From Lama guanicoe (Eukaryota), in contig MU053559.1 of NCBI GenBank assembly GCA_013239625.1, positions 3,288,607 through 3,352,606 on the forward strand: 64,000 nucleotides of DNA, in the 5' to 3' direction. The notes beneath the pieces were generated by a model. That model searched no databases. It saw only the letters and a list, made by a program, of their open reading frames with translations, and was not told the DNA's origin. This document shows positions 52,136 through 64,000 of this stretch, piece after piece. Numbering within the stretch: the stretch's first letter is position 1; each line of letters starts with the position of its first letter. A program made the position numbers and the translations under genes.

Positions 52136-52510
52136 TGTCACAGGTTGGGTTCTCCGGGAAGCAGGTGTTTAATGTGGCAGGACTGTCCTTAGGCTCAATA
52201 CCTGTGGCAGGGAGGGGAAGGACACAGGACGGCCACAGAGAGAAGTTGAACTGTGATGCAGGGCCAAAGACAGCCTTGGCTGGTCCACGGGGAACTCTGG
52301 AGCTAGAATGACCTTTCAGAGCTGTCCTGAGTTGGGCCAAAATAGCCTGGACTTTATCCCTGTGGGTTGGTTTAGAAAGGACTATGACCTTGTGTAGCGT
52401 GGCTCTTTGTAGCCAAGACAGCTCTGTAGCTAATGCAATCCCTGAAGGGGTCTCCCAGCAGGTGGGCCACCAAGTCCTTCCTCACCGGGATTCTGGATGG
52501 TATATCATAT
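52136..52510 (-). mobile_element. ERVL-type solo LTR (LTR40/41-like)
   Basis: tgtcacaggttgggttctccgggaagcag...gaagttgaactgtgatgcag. Confidence 0.55.
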
Positions 52511-52530
52511 CTTGACAACCAACCACTCTT

Positions 52531-53037
52531 TTTTTAAATTGAAGTATAGTTGATTTACAGTGTTTCAAGTGGACAGCAAAGTGATTTAGTTATATATATA
52601 TAAACCTATTCTTTTTCAGATTCTTTTCCATTATAGGTTATTACAAGATATTGAATATAAGTCCCTGTGCTATATAGGAGGTCCTTGTTGGTTCTCTATT
52701 TTATATATGTCAATCCCAAACTCCTAATTTACCCCTTTCCCTTTTGGTAACCATAAGTTTGTTTTCTATGTCTGTGAGTCTCTTTCTGTTTTGTAAATAA
52801 GCTCATTTGTGTCATTCTTTTAGATATCACGTATAAGTGATATACGATACCTGCCTCTCTCTGACTTCACTTAGTATAATCTCTAGGTCCATCTATGTTG
52901 CTGTGAATGGCATTATTTCATACCTTTTTATGGCTGAGTCATATTACACACACACACACTCACTCTCCCCCTCTCCCCCTCTCTCTCCACCTCTCTCCCT
53001 CTTCTTTATCCAGTCATCTGTTGATAGACATGTAGGG
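52531..53037 (-). mobile_element. 5'-truncated L1 3' end
   Basis: L1 3'UTR and ORF2 end. 15-bp TSD caaccaaccactctt (52516-52530) and caacctaccaccctt (53038-53052). Confidence 0.88.
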
Positions 53038-56000
53038 CAACCTACCACCCTTGATTGTTCTTGATACCAGCTGGGGGCCTGGCCTGTGGCACAGCCTTCT
53101 CCCCCACCTGCTCCTCTGTCATTGTCTGATCTTTCCCCCATGGCAGGGAACTGATAGGAGAGGAGGGGTTGTGCTAGAGTTGTCAGACCAGATGTGTAGG
53201 TCTGTGGGCCCCAGCTGGGCAAAGAAAACCTCTCCCTTGGAGCTTTGGGGATCACCAACACTTGGGGAATCTGCCTTAGCCAAAAAATTCCATGTGGGAC
53301 TTCAGGACAAGATCCACCAGGTTGTGAAGGCAACCCAGCCTTAAGTGTGACATGGCAAGTGAAAGTTCTGTGGAGAACAAGAACTGGCAGGCCGAGCCCC
53401 TGTGTGGCAGCAGGGCCCAGGTGGAGGCCAGCGGTGGGGCAGTTGCACACCACCTCCAGTGAATGACGTGGGCAGGCTGACTCTGGCTGAAGGTCCAGAG
53501 ATGCCACAAACAGCTCTCTAGAAGTTATCAGCACCAGCTACCACTTAAAACCTGGATGTCTTTACTCTTGGACTGAAGGTTGTCCTAAAAAGGGTCTCTT
53601 CCCTGAACCGGGGATCTTACTGAGAAATGAAAAGAGACTTCTTAACTAATGAAGGCTGAGCAGGTCTCAAGACCAGATTAAACACCAATTCTGTTTGCAT
53701 CAGCATTAATGGATAGGATGGATGGCAGGGGTGGGGACTTGGGACACCTTCCCTAGCTTGATTAACTACAGTGCATGGGAGCAGGGAAGGACAAAAAAAC
53801 AAGGAAGAGGACCATGGGCTTCAGCCAAGCAGAGGCTGAGTAGAGGGGTGGTCTGATACACAAGATGTGGGATTGGAAGGGTGGGGCATCGGGGGCTCTC
53901 TCCAAGACAGGGAGCCCAGTAATGGGGAATCCTGAAGGTAGCACTATTCAGCAAGCAGAGGGAGCCAGTCAGCAGGCCTGAACCAAGCTTTCAGCCCTAC
54001 CCAGGGGACAGAGTAGGCTAAAGTCCCTGTGTCAGCAAGGTTCTAGCAGGAAACACATGGGACACTTAGAGGAGTCGTGATATGGACTTAATGAAGGAAC
54101 TATTGACAGAGGAGTAGGGAGGGATACAGGAACCAGTCAGGGCAATGGAGCATTCAGGGCCTAGCCAGAGTGGAAAGCTTTTACCATCCCCAGGTCTGGA
54201 GAAGCGGGGAGGGACTGGTGTGACTGGAACCCAAGTGGAGGAGCTGGAGCAGTGGCAGCAGGTAGAGGAGCCAAACCATGGCTGGGCAGGGAGGGGGAAA
54301 GTGGAATCAGTATCTTGATCTCTTGCTTATTCCCATTGCCTGGACTTGCTCGGAAGCCAGAGGCCAAGGAAGCTCAAGATGTGATGTGATGTGTAGAGGT
54401 CAGCCTCCCAGGGCAGAGAGCTTGGTGAGAGGGACAGAAAATGGATCTTTAGATGCAAGTGGAGAATGACCCCGCACAGTCTGTTACCAGAATAAAAACT
54501 TGGGCTCAGGTGAGCACCTCCCAGCCAGGGTATAAGGCCCAGTCCAGACAGACAGACAGACAGCTGCTGGAGCTTGGTCTGCTGGCTGTCAGGACTGTTC
54601 CCCCGACTCAGGTGACACTCACCTCCGTGGGGTGGTTACGTAGTAGCAGCTAACAGGACTGGCGACCAGCAACAAGCAAAACTTACCAAGAGGACTGTGG
54701 CTCCTGCTAGTCCAGCTTAGATTAATTCTGCTGCCCTTCGGTGAGAGGTTTCCCTGTGTGGACGGGTGGAAGCTGACCGTCACCCACCATGACTGGTGAC
54801 GGGGGCCTGGGGCCTGGATTCTCAGGAGCTCCCTTGGCTGGGCGTCTGCCTGGCCCCCACAGCAGCCCGTGCTGAGCCATCGGGGCTGTAATGTAATTCT
54901 CACTCCATTATGTGACTATCTGTGGTCTCAGCATGTTGCCCCCGGCGCTGTCACGGCCTAGAGCCCCCATTTCCATTCTATTGTGCTTGCTCACAGATGG
55001 TTGCTGTAAAACTGGCAAAAAAGAAGTCCCGCTGTTTCGAGCCTGCCTGCTTAATCTCAGAAGTCACGTTTTAAAAAAATAACACTAAATCGGTTCTCAT
55101 ATAAACTTTTAACTTGCACGGCATGACTGGCGTCTTATCTTCTGACGGTTCTGAGCAAAATGGGATGTGGCTTCACTTTATGAGCACAGGTTTCTAGCAG
55201 TTGGCTGTTAAAGTTCTCTCGTCACAACAGGATGTAGCCCCGGCAGTGGGGCAGTAGGGGGCAGTCAGGTACATCTACCTGAGGATACATCTTTGGACAA
55301 CCTAATTATTGAGGATCTCCTTTTGGTATTTAGAGGGTAAGATACCGCATGACATTTTATTGTCCCAGCAACCTTGTGAGAATAAGTGTCATTCCCAATG
55401 TATAGATAGGAAGCTAAGACTCAAAGGCATTCAAGATTATATAGTTAGGGGCTAGTGCCAACTCTTTAAATAAGCAAAGTTATTTCCAATATTTGAAGTT
55501 AATGTAACAGTTGAAATAAAAGATTATTAATCATTCTCATTAGATTTTAAAAATAACTGGTAAACACATATACCCATTACATAACACAAAGCAATGACCG
55601 AATAGGAAACGATACTGCCGGAATCCACTGTGATTTAAGGGGCTGGATGATGTCAATTTGCATTGTTTGAATAAGCCTATCAATGAAGCTAAAAAATAAA
55701 TCTTTGTCTCCTTTGAAAACTTTTCTTGCCCTATAATGCAATTTCAAGAAGAGGTTTCTTGTTTAAAAGTTACAACTGTGTTTTAGCTACACTCAAACAG
55801 ATAACAACTCTATTGAAGCCAGCCTTGTCTAGGGCAAAGAGAAGTAACGGTGAAACATTGACATGGCAGTAGGGATGGGTAGGAACGTAAGCAAATCTCC
55901 TGGTTTGATAAATGAGCTTTTCCTTATGTCACCAGAATGCTCTTGATTTATCTCAACAAGCATTTGTAAAATTTCTTCCCCAAACTAATTTCAATCTGAT

Positions 56001-57964
56001 CTACTGAAATTTAGTTGTTTTTATGATTTTGTCAATTCTATTCATTGCTGGGTCATGTCAACCTAGTAGAAGGAAGAAAATCCAAGAGAACTACCATTTG
56101 AATTCCCCACACAGTACTGGATTTTTCTACAAATTCGTACTTATTTTCCATTAAAAAAGTCCTTCTTTTCTTTTTTTTGAGCGAGTGGAGGGAGAGTAAC
56201 AGTGAAATCACTAACATGACTCTATCAGCCTTACATTTGGGAGGAATAAAAATAACCTTGTTTCGGTGAAGCGTGGAATTTAATTGGCTCCCGATCTCTT
56301 CCCCTCATGCATCTGGTGGCCAGTACTACAGTAGAAAATTTTAAACTAGAAGGAGACATAATCCAATTAAATTTCCTTTTAAAAATGTCAAAGCAAATAA
56401 ATCCAGGGCCTATGAGCTCACACACAGCTTTGCTGTTCTCACTGGGCAGCTGCTGTTTACCGGGTTTCCATCCAGTGCCATCTTTGCTTCCCATTTCAAG
56501 GCTACGTGCTTTTACATTTTACAGATCGACAGCCACACTTTTTCACCACTGATGAATGAGTGATTTAGTGCCAGCTTCTTTGACATCTTAAGGAGCTCTA
56601 GTGACAGCCAGATTGAAAGATGTCATGGGCCCTCTTGCAGACAATGATTTCCAGCCATTTTAGAGTCCTGATTTTGCACTGTTGCTGAATTTCACTCTGC
56701 ATTTCCTAATTCTTCCTTCGTCCAGAAAATGCTGTCTGGCACATGTTGTTTATGCTCTAGATTAAATTGAGTTTTGTTTTGAGATCTGGGTACCATCTCT
56801 AAGAGTTATCTGGAAGTCACACTGGAGACTCTGGATCCATCCATAGTTTGTCAAGAAGTTGCTGTGTTCCAAGCTGTACTGTCACCTTCTTAGACATTTT
56901 ATTATTTTTGATAAATGCAAAATTGCAGAGTATCTTTTGTTTCACTTCTTCTGGAAGCTGACTTGAAGACAAGGATTTGAGTGTAAATAGTTTTTTGGAG
57001 GAAATGAAGGGAACTCGAGCAAGGGAGTAGGGAAGTGAGAAATGGAAGAGAAGGAGCCAATACAGGGCAGATTCTCAAACCAGTAAAAATGAATGACTGG
57101 GGCTCAGTGCCTTTGAAAAACACAGGGATCCAGTGTCTGTCTGATATTTACCTCAGAGTTACCCCACCCAAAGTGCAAGGAACCTGTGGTATTCATCCAT
57201 CAACTCCTGTAGGTCATTGTTTGAGAGCTGCTCCTGAAGTGGGGGGAATTAATTAATTTCCAGGCACAGGGGCAGCCAAAGCAGGCCTCAGAGGCCAAAG
57301 GGAAGCCCTCTGCAAAGACATGCAGGTGCTGGTGCTTATAAGTCAGGCTGGTGTGCCCCAGAGTGGAAAGGGTGCGAGATTCAGTTTGGGAGGCGCTGCT
57401 AAACATAGATATTTAAGATGCCAGACATTCCAAATGTGCACCGTTAGGCGGGCTGTTTTACAGAAACACAAGCAGGCTCGTCCTCCTCCGGAACGGGAGG
57501 GATTGACTGCTGTGGAAGAGCTCTTCTGTTGTAAAATTACTGTGCAGTTATTACCACCTTAAACTCACAGGCATAGCTGGGCAACAATACGATCTGGAGT
57601 CTTCTTCGAATTTTGTAGTGTGGGATGAATAAAAGATCAACGAGGACAAAGAATATTTTAACTCACTGCCCAGTCATAAATATTATGGAATGTTGGGAAC
57701 ATTTGCAGAGCAGTTAGAACAATTAGGCAGTGGTAGTATGGGGATTTCTCATATTCCCAAAGACCTCCATTTTACAAAGAGATTGGCCATGAGATTCCTT
57801 TAGGCAGATCCGATTACAGGCAAAAATTAAGAAGAAGATACTTTTTCCCTCTACTTTACTGATGCCCCAGCCCCTGAGTTTCTTTAAGTAAGTCTTATCT
57901 CTCGCTTCCTCTACTGCCTTTGGATCCCAATTTGATTCCTGTTAGTCCATTTAACCTAGTACCT

Positions 57965-58778
57965 GTGAAAATCACCCTAAAATTGGTGATCAGCTACAAT
58001 TCTGGTACCAAGTCCAGTTTGGTTTTTTTTCCCCACACCAAGCAATTCTCAACACCAGTTGGGTGTCCTACAGTTCAACCCAATTCTGGCACTGTCTATC
58101 TGGAAATAATAGCCTCAGATCCCACACGCTAAGGGCTCAGTCCCACAAGACTGCCTCCCTTCCCTCAGATGCCAGTCACAAGTCCAGGTTATCACCTGGG
58201 CTTCTGACCATCTAGCTGTGGATTGGAGGTTCCCATGACCTCCTTCTTGGGTATGATTAATTTGCTAGAGCTGCTCACATAACTCAGAGAAACATTTTAC
58301 TTACTAGATAAAAGGACATAACTCAGGAGCAGCCAGCTGGAAGAGATGCGTAGGGCAAGGTGTGGGGAAAGGGCCAAGAGCTTCCATGCCCTCTTTGGGC
58401 TCACCACTCTCCCGACATCTCCACGTGTTCACCAACCTGGAAACTCTCCAAATCCCATCCTTTTGGCTTTTTGATGGAGGCTTCATTATATAGGCACAAT
58501 TGATTAAATCATTGGCCATTGGTGAATGAACTCAATCTCTAGCCCCTCTGCCCTCCCTCAAGATGGGGGGCTGAAAGTTCCAAGCCTCTAATCACATGGT
58601 TTTGTCTCTATTGGCAACCAGCCCCATCCTTAGGTGCTTTTCGAAAATGTTTCATTAACATAACAAAAGAGACTATCACTCTCAATCACTTGGGAAATTC
58701 CAAGGGTTTTAAGAACTCAGTGCCAGAAATGGGGACAAGACCAAATAGATATTTCTTACTATAAATCACCATATCATG
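57965..58778 (-). mobile_element. MER21-like solo LTR
   Basis: cacaccaagcaattctc...gggtgtcctacagttcaa...agggctcagtcccacaagactgcc...accaaatagatatttctt. Confidence 0.8.
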
Positions 58779-58989
58779 TTGCCAAAGTATGGATTTGGGG
58801 TTCCTCAAGCAGTGCAAATATGCCTGTAGCATTTATCAGATATTTAGGCAGAAAAAGTCACTCCCACCCGGAACCTAGAGAAAAGTGACCAAGGGAAATA
58901 AACTCGAGGGGAGTGGTATTGACTTTAGAAACAGGGCACAGTGGGGCTTGAGCAGTCAGGAAGGAAAGCACTGTGTGAACCATGCGATT

Positions 58990-59809
58990 TTCATTAGCAA
59001 CAAGCTAGACGTGGGCAAAATGAAACTCAAGTTAATTATCCTGCGATTTGAAATTAAGGATAATTTAAGATGAAAAACTAATGTAGGGGAGCAAAATTTG
59101 CCACCCCAACATGTGTCTCACTTTTCCCCCAGAGATGCAGCCACTTTGGAAAGTGACCAGGATTAAAAGAAATGGACTCCTGTTATAGTTAGTGGGGGTG
59201 GATAATTTCCCCCTACCCTACCCTTCTAGATTCTTTTGCTTGGTCGAATAAAATGATGTTAAGACAGATTAACAGGAGCAAAAAAACCCAAAATTTAATT
59301 ATTACGTACAGGGAATCCATATAAACATGAGAGATTCCAAAGACAGGCAAAATGAGGTATATATGTCATTCTTGACTAAGAAGCAGGTAGGGGTTTGGGA
59401 CTGCAAAGGGAAGGAAGACAATTCACAGGAAGATGAAAAGAGCAAATTTTTGGTAAACAAATGTTTGCTGGGCCAGGCAGAAACAGTGGGACCCAGAGAG
59501 GAATTTTAACAAACAGACTTTGCTAGGTTCCTCCCTGTCTACACCCATGTAGTTACCTATGGTGGCAGCTCCCTTCTTGAATAGGCCCTTTTTCTAAATT
59601 CGTTTAGGTAGTTAAAGGGGAGGTCAAAGCTCTTCCTGAGTCTTTTGTTTCTTAAAAATAATCAACTTCTCATGCCAAAGAGACACATGTTGGGATGGCA
59701 AATTTTGCTCCCCTATATTAGTTTTTCATCTTAAATTATCCTTATTTTAAAATCTCAGAATAATTAACTTGAGTTTCATTGTGCCCAAGCCTGGCTTGTT
59801 GCCAATAAA
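58990..59809. repeat. 130-bp inverted repeat (arms 58990-59119 and 59680-59809)
   Basis: Hand alignment is gapless with 12 mismatches over 130 nt. Confidence 0.95.
59193..59717 (-). mobile_element. ERV1 solo LTR (MER34-like), 525 bp
   Basis: The minus strand starts tataggggagcaaaatttgccatcccaacatgtgtctctttggcatg and ends ...cccca. 4-bp TSD ttag at 59189-59192 and 59718-59721. Confidence 0.8.
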
Positions 59810-60143
59810 TTTAATTCTCATCTCCAAATTCTTGAGTTATCATTATTCCAGTGTAAGTTCTTCTATTTCTTTCTCTTTTGTTGTTAGGATTTAAATCATG
59901 ATTCCTTGCTCAAAAAGCAACTTTTGCTGCCTAATAAGGTGTGAGGAAGGATCTTCTAGTACTGACCTGTTTCATAAGAGAATCCATTCCCCAGATAATT
60001 GCACTGTAATGTTATGAGTTGCATAATGTACTTTATTATTTTTGTACTAAAAACTTTGGTTAAAAAAAACCCTATCAGAATAGTGATTCTGAATGCATAT
60101 AGTTGCACTATATTTTTCTATAACATGATAAAATTTAAAAATA

Positions 60144-60493
60144 CAGTCAGTCCTCTGTATCCATGGGTTCTGCATTCACAGATTCAACCAACCATGGATC
60201 AAAAGTATTTGGTGAAAAAAAATTCCAGAAAGTTCCAAAAAGCCAAACGTGAATTCGTAGCACACCAACTACTACATAGCATTTACACCGTTATTTACAA
60301 CTATTTACATAGTATTTACATTGTATTAGGCATAATAAGTAATCTAGGGATGATTTAAAGTATACAGGAGGATGTGCATAGGTTATGTGCAAATACTATA
60401 CACCATTTTATATAAGGGACTTGAGTATCCTCAGATTTTGGTATTTGCAAAGGGTCCTAGAACCAGGCCCCCATAGATGCCGAGGGACTACTG
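60144..60493. mobile_element. Tigger-family non-autonomous element (MER2-like)
   Basis: Terminal inverted repeats cagtcagtcctctgtatccatggg / cccatagatgccgagggactactg, preceded by TA. Confidence 0.85.
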
Positions 60494-61187
60494 AACCACT
60501 CACAAGAGTGAAAATTGCTTTAAGTTTTGTTGTGAAATCTTTCAAGACATGTTGAATAGTTGAATTGAATGACTACTGATCTCAGCCTTCACTGATTAAA
60601 AAGAAATATATATGTGTGTACATGTACGTATGTATATACACACACACAAAATTTACATTTTGTATATGCGCACACACAGACACACAATGATTTACCTTTT
60701 TGGGGGATAGGAAGGACATTTCACTAAGTTCCACGTAGTATGAATTGCACAGGACGCGCCCTAGGAGTTGGTTTAGCCATCATCCATCTGCACGGTCATT
60801 TCCTTCTCTACACAGCTCATTATTGGCGGTTTGGGCTTAACCTCTGACATCCAACAGGAAGCATTCTTGAGAGAGAAGTGTAGCGTCACCTCGAGAATCA
60901 CATTTTTTTTCTACTTAACTTTTCCTGTTGAATATGATGGGACCAAATGTAGCCTCGTAGGATGAGAGCTAGCTGCTTCTGAATAGGTCCACGTGTTTCC
61001 TGGGAGTGGAGGGTAGCCCAGCAGATAAGCAGAGCTCTGGAGCCCTAATATTGGGGTGACAGTCCAAGCTTCTCCCCTTATTGGCAATTAGACTTTAGAC
61101 AAGCTACTGAACCCTTCTCCTGCCTCAGTTTCCTTTTCTGTAGATGGTGGGTATCATAACAATACCTACCTCTTAGGGTTTTCTCCT

Positions 61188-61530
61188 GCTGACCTAAAAA
61201 CAAGTAGACTGCCAGGTATTTCTCCAGGAAGATGGGTTTATTTGGGATCAGCAGAGAATTGGCATTCCGGGGTCTGCCACCGTGGTGAGCCACGTGCAAG
61301 TTCCTGCAGGGCGAGGGGAGAACACTTTTACAGAGAGGAAAAGGCAGTGGGGAAGGCTGTAGTCAGCAATGAGGCCATGGCGTTTCATTGGCTGAGTCCT
61401 TGCCAGGAAAGGAACCTTCCTTCTTCAAGAACCATTGAGCTCTGCTGTCACCGCAGGGCATGAGAGCGTCCCCTTCTGGTCTCCTGACTATTTAATTGAA
61501 GTTTCTGTTGATCAGTTTTTTTAATTCCAG
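61188..61530 (-). mobile_element. ERV1 LTR (MER89-like) inserted into a MIR
   Basis: tgctgacctaaaaacaagtagactgccagg...gggtttatttgggatcagc. MIR halves at about 61030-61187 and 61531-61620. Confidence 0.6.
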
Positions 61531-62018
61531 TAATTAAATAGCTTAATACCTGTAAAACACTGAAAAGAGTACTTGTCATACAGTGAATATTCCAATACAT
61601 TTGCTCATCGTTATCATCACTACTAGATGATTATAAGATTCCTATAATCCTAAAACAGTCTGCACGCAATTAGTTCATCATCATCAATCATACCTTAAAT
61701 TAAGGCTTTATGCCTTAGCTAGAGATGCCAGTACTTGGTGCTATTCTGATTCGGCATCAGTGTTATTAGTTACCATGGTATTACATGTCACCCATGTTTC
61801 AGTGACTTCCGCATCTTTGCACAGTTCTGGACTCTAGCTCTGCTCTGCAGAACCCCATTTTCCAGGTGTTTACCAGAATCTGCACCTTGATGTCCTATGA
61901 GTACCTCAAATAAAAATGTCCAAAATTGAACTTCGTTTCTCCCTCTCATCCTTATTTTTCCACTGAAAAATGTTTAACACTCTACTTCTTCCTGCTTTCC
62001 TTATCTTGCTTATAACAT

Positions 62019-62447
62019 TGCCCTGGGTTGAATATTGTCCCCTCAAAATTCATGTCTACTGGGAACCTCAGAATGTGAACTTATCTGGAAATAGTCTTTG
62101 CAGATATAATGAAAACAGCTACTAAAAGTTAAAATGAGGTCACAACTGGATTAGGGTGGGCCGTAAATCCAGTAATTGGTGTCCTGATGAGAAGGCCATG
62201 TGAAAGAGCGAGATAGAGGCGGAGGGTAGTGATGTACCTACAAGCCAAGGAACTCAAAGGATAGCCAACAAGCACCAGAAGCTAGGAGAGAAGCATGGGA
62301 CAGTCGCCCTTAGAGCCTCCAGAAAGAACCAGCCCTGCCAACACCTGCCAACATCTGGTTTCCTGCACAGTGACAGAATACATTTCTGTTGCTTTAAGCC
62401 TCTCAGTTTGTGGTAATTTGTTGTGGCAGCCCTAGGAAATTAATACA
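62019..62447 (+). mobile_element. MaLR solo LTR (MLT1B/C-like)
   Basis: gggttgaatattgtcccctcaaaattcatgtc...ttctgttgctttaagcc...gcagccctaggaaattaataca. Confidence 0.88.
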
Positions 62448-62504
62448 GGCATCATCAACTGTTATCTAAATTTAGAAGTCTTAGACCCATCCTTAGCTGT
62501 ATTT

Positions 62505-62675
62505 GTTCATAAGGACGCCAGTCACATTGAATTAGGGGGTCTGCCCTACTCCAGTACAACCGCATCTTGGCTAATTACCTCTGCGATGACCCTGTTTCCA
62601 AATAAGGTCACATTGAGATCCAGGGCGTAGAACTTCAGCATATCTTTTTGGAGGGGACACAGTTCAACCCATAAT
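62505..62675 (-). mobile_element. Partial MLT1 LTR (5' part), opposite orientation
   Basis: taaggacgccagtcacattgaattaggg...tttccaaataaggtcacatt...ggggacacagttcaacccataa. Confidence 0.75.
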
Positions 62676-64000
62676 GTATCCCCTTTTCTTTTATCACTGC
62701 TTCACATCAGTCACCTTCTGGGCATTGTATGTTCTGTGGGAGCCAAATCTTTCAGATGTCACTCTTGCTCACCCCAGCCTAGCTGCCCTGGTTAGACAGT
62801 CACCACCTCTCCCCAGGATTACTGCAGTAACTTCCAAAGTGGTGTTCCTCCTTCATCTCATTCTTCATGCATCCACTGAATTACCTATTTCTTTTTTTTT
62901 TTCATTTAAAACTTGTTTTATTCCCCAACTCTGTATTATAAGCACTTTCATTTCAATAGTTAGTCCCATAATGTTTTTTAAATGGGTAAAATATCATATC
63001 ATTGCATAAAGTGAAATTGTCTAACCTAATACTTATTGTTGGACATTTTGGTTGTCTTAAATTTTCACTATTAGAGACAATATTAACAAACATCCTTGAA
63101 GTGAAATGATTGTACATATGCTTAATTATTTCTAAATGATGTATTTCTATAAGTAGAATATTCATTTCAAAGACTTTTCGTAACTACAGTGCTAATTAAT
63201 ACCTCATCAGATTTCTCTGGCTGGGACCCCCCAGTGACTTTCCCTGGCCACAGCACAGAGTATCACCTAGCACAGAAAGCCCAAGGTTGGCCCCATCTTT
63301 TCCTTCCCACTGCCTCTCTCACCACTGTGTACCCCCGATCCACTGAGCTGCTCACCCTTTCTTGAAAATAGATTGTTAGGTCTCCGGGCCTTGCCTTACG
63401 CTGTTCTCCATGCCTGGAACACCCTTCATCCCTTCAGTCCCCTACTGAAGTGCTCCTCATCCTGTAAGGCCCCGGTGAAACATTACTCACTCAGCTTGCT
63501 TCACAGTCCCATCACCTAGAAGTATTGAGCCCTTACCTGTGTTGCCATGACTCCTTGTGACTCTGGATACTAATGTAACACTAGGGAAAAAACAATACCT
63601 CTTATATACAACAATTAACCTTGACAATAGCACTATAAGCAGCCATAGTTATGGACTCAGCCCCCTCTCCTCTGCCACTGATATTAATTCACCATTACAG
63701 CATAAATAAAACGTGTGCGTATGCATATTGTGCATCTGTGTATACAAGAGTTTTGAAATCTGACATGTTTATTATCTCTAATTAAATTTTGTTGCAATCC
63801 ACCTTATCAAAATAATTCTTAAGCCTCTTTAGTGAAGGTATTTATTTCCTAAAATTAGCAAATATATACACAGTTGTTTCATATACAGTGTGTATATATA
63901 AAGCATGTGTGTACATATTTTTATACATATGTGTATATGTGTAAAGTAGCTTCCCCCTACCCAAGAAGATGCCATGAGTGATTCAGTGCTCATCTCATTG

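Noticed and set aside
52944..53534. 196-aa minus-strand ORF
   Set aside because: It has a non-ATG start, runs into an L1 and a simple repeat, and shows no recognisable domain.
55655..55668. Oct/Sox composite site (atttgcattgtt)
   Set aside because: The motifs overlap in a non-canonical arrangement, and such matches are expected by chance in 64 kb.
58990..59809. Novel TIR DNA transposon with 130-bp ends
   Set aside because: No flanking TSD is evident and the arms straddle an LTR/flank junction, so a local rearrangement is the simpler explanation.
47960..64000. Terminal EFHC2 exon
   Set aside because: I found no acceptor followed by the expected C-terminal peptide. It probably lies beyond the window, though a miss by eye is possible.
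1..64000. CRISPR array, operon-like system, rRNA or other prokaryote-type system
   Set aside because: This is mammalian intronic DNA with no repeat-spacer periodicity. The remaining short ORFs fall in repeats or look random.

Overview
Mammalian genomic DNA, most likely camelid (tRNA-Ala-derived Vic-1-type SINEs; an inference). The window lies within the 3' part of a + strand gene I recognise as EFHC2 (X-linked in human). Three coding exons with canonical AG/GT sites splice in frame (34600-34791, 36492-36584, 47854-47959). The preceding exon and the terminal exon were not found, so the rest appears intronic. The introns are dense in repeats: young and old LINE-1 (mostly antisense to the gene), L2, MIR, MaLR/ERV solo LTRs, DNA-transposon relics and microsatellites. 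Repeat family names are recognised from memory of consensus sequences, not from a search, and old-repeat boundaries are approximate. I see no evidence of a new gene system. The notable signals are structural: a gapless 130-bp inverted duplication (~91% identity) around an ERV1 solo LTR, a TSD-bounded mosaic L1, an L1 with a duplicated 5' inversion, nested SINE/L1 insertions, and a SINE lacking its anticodon arm.
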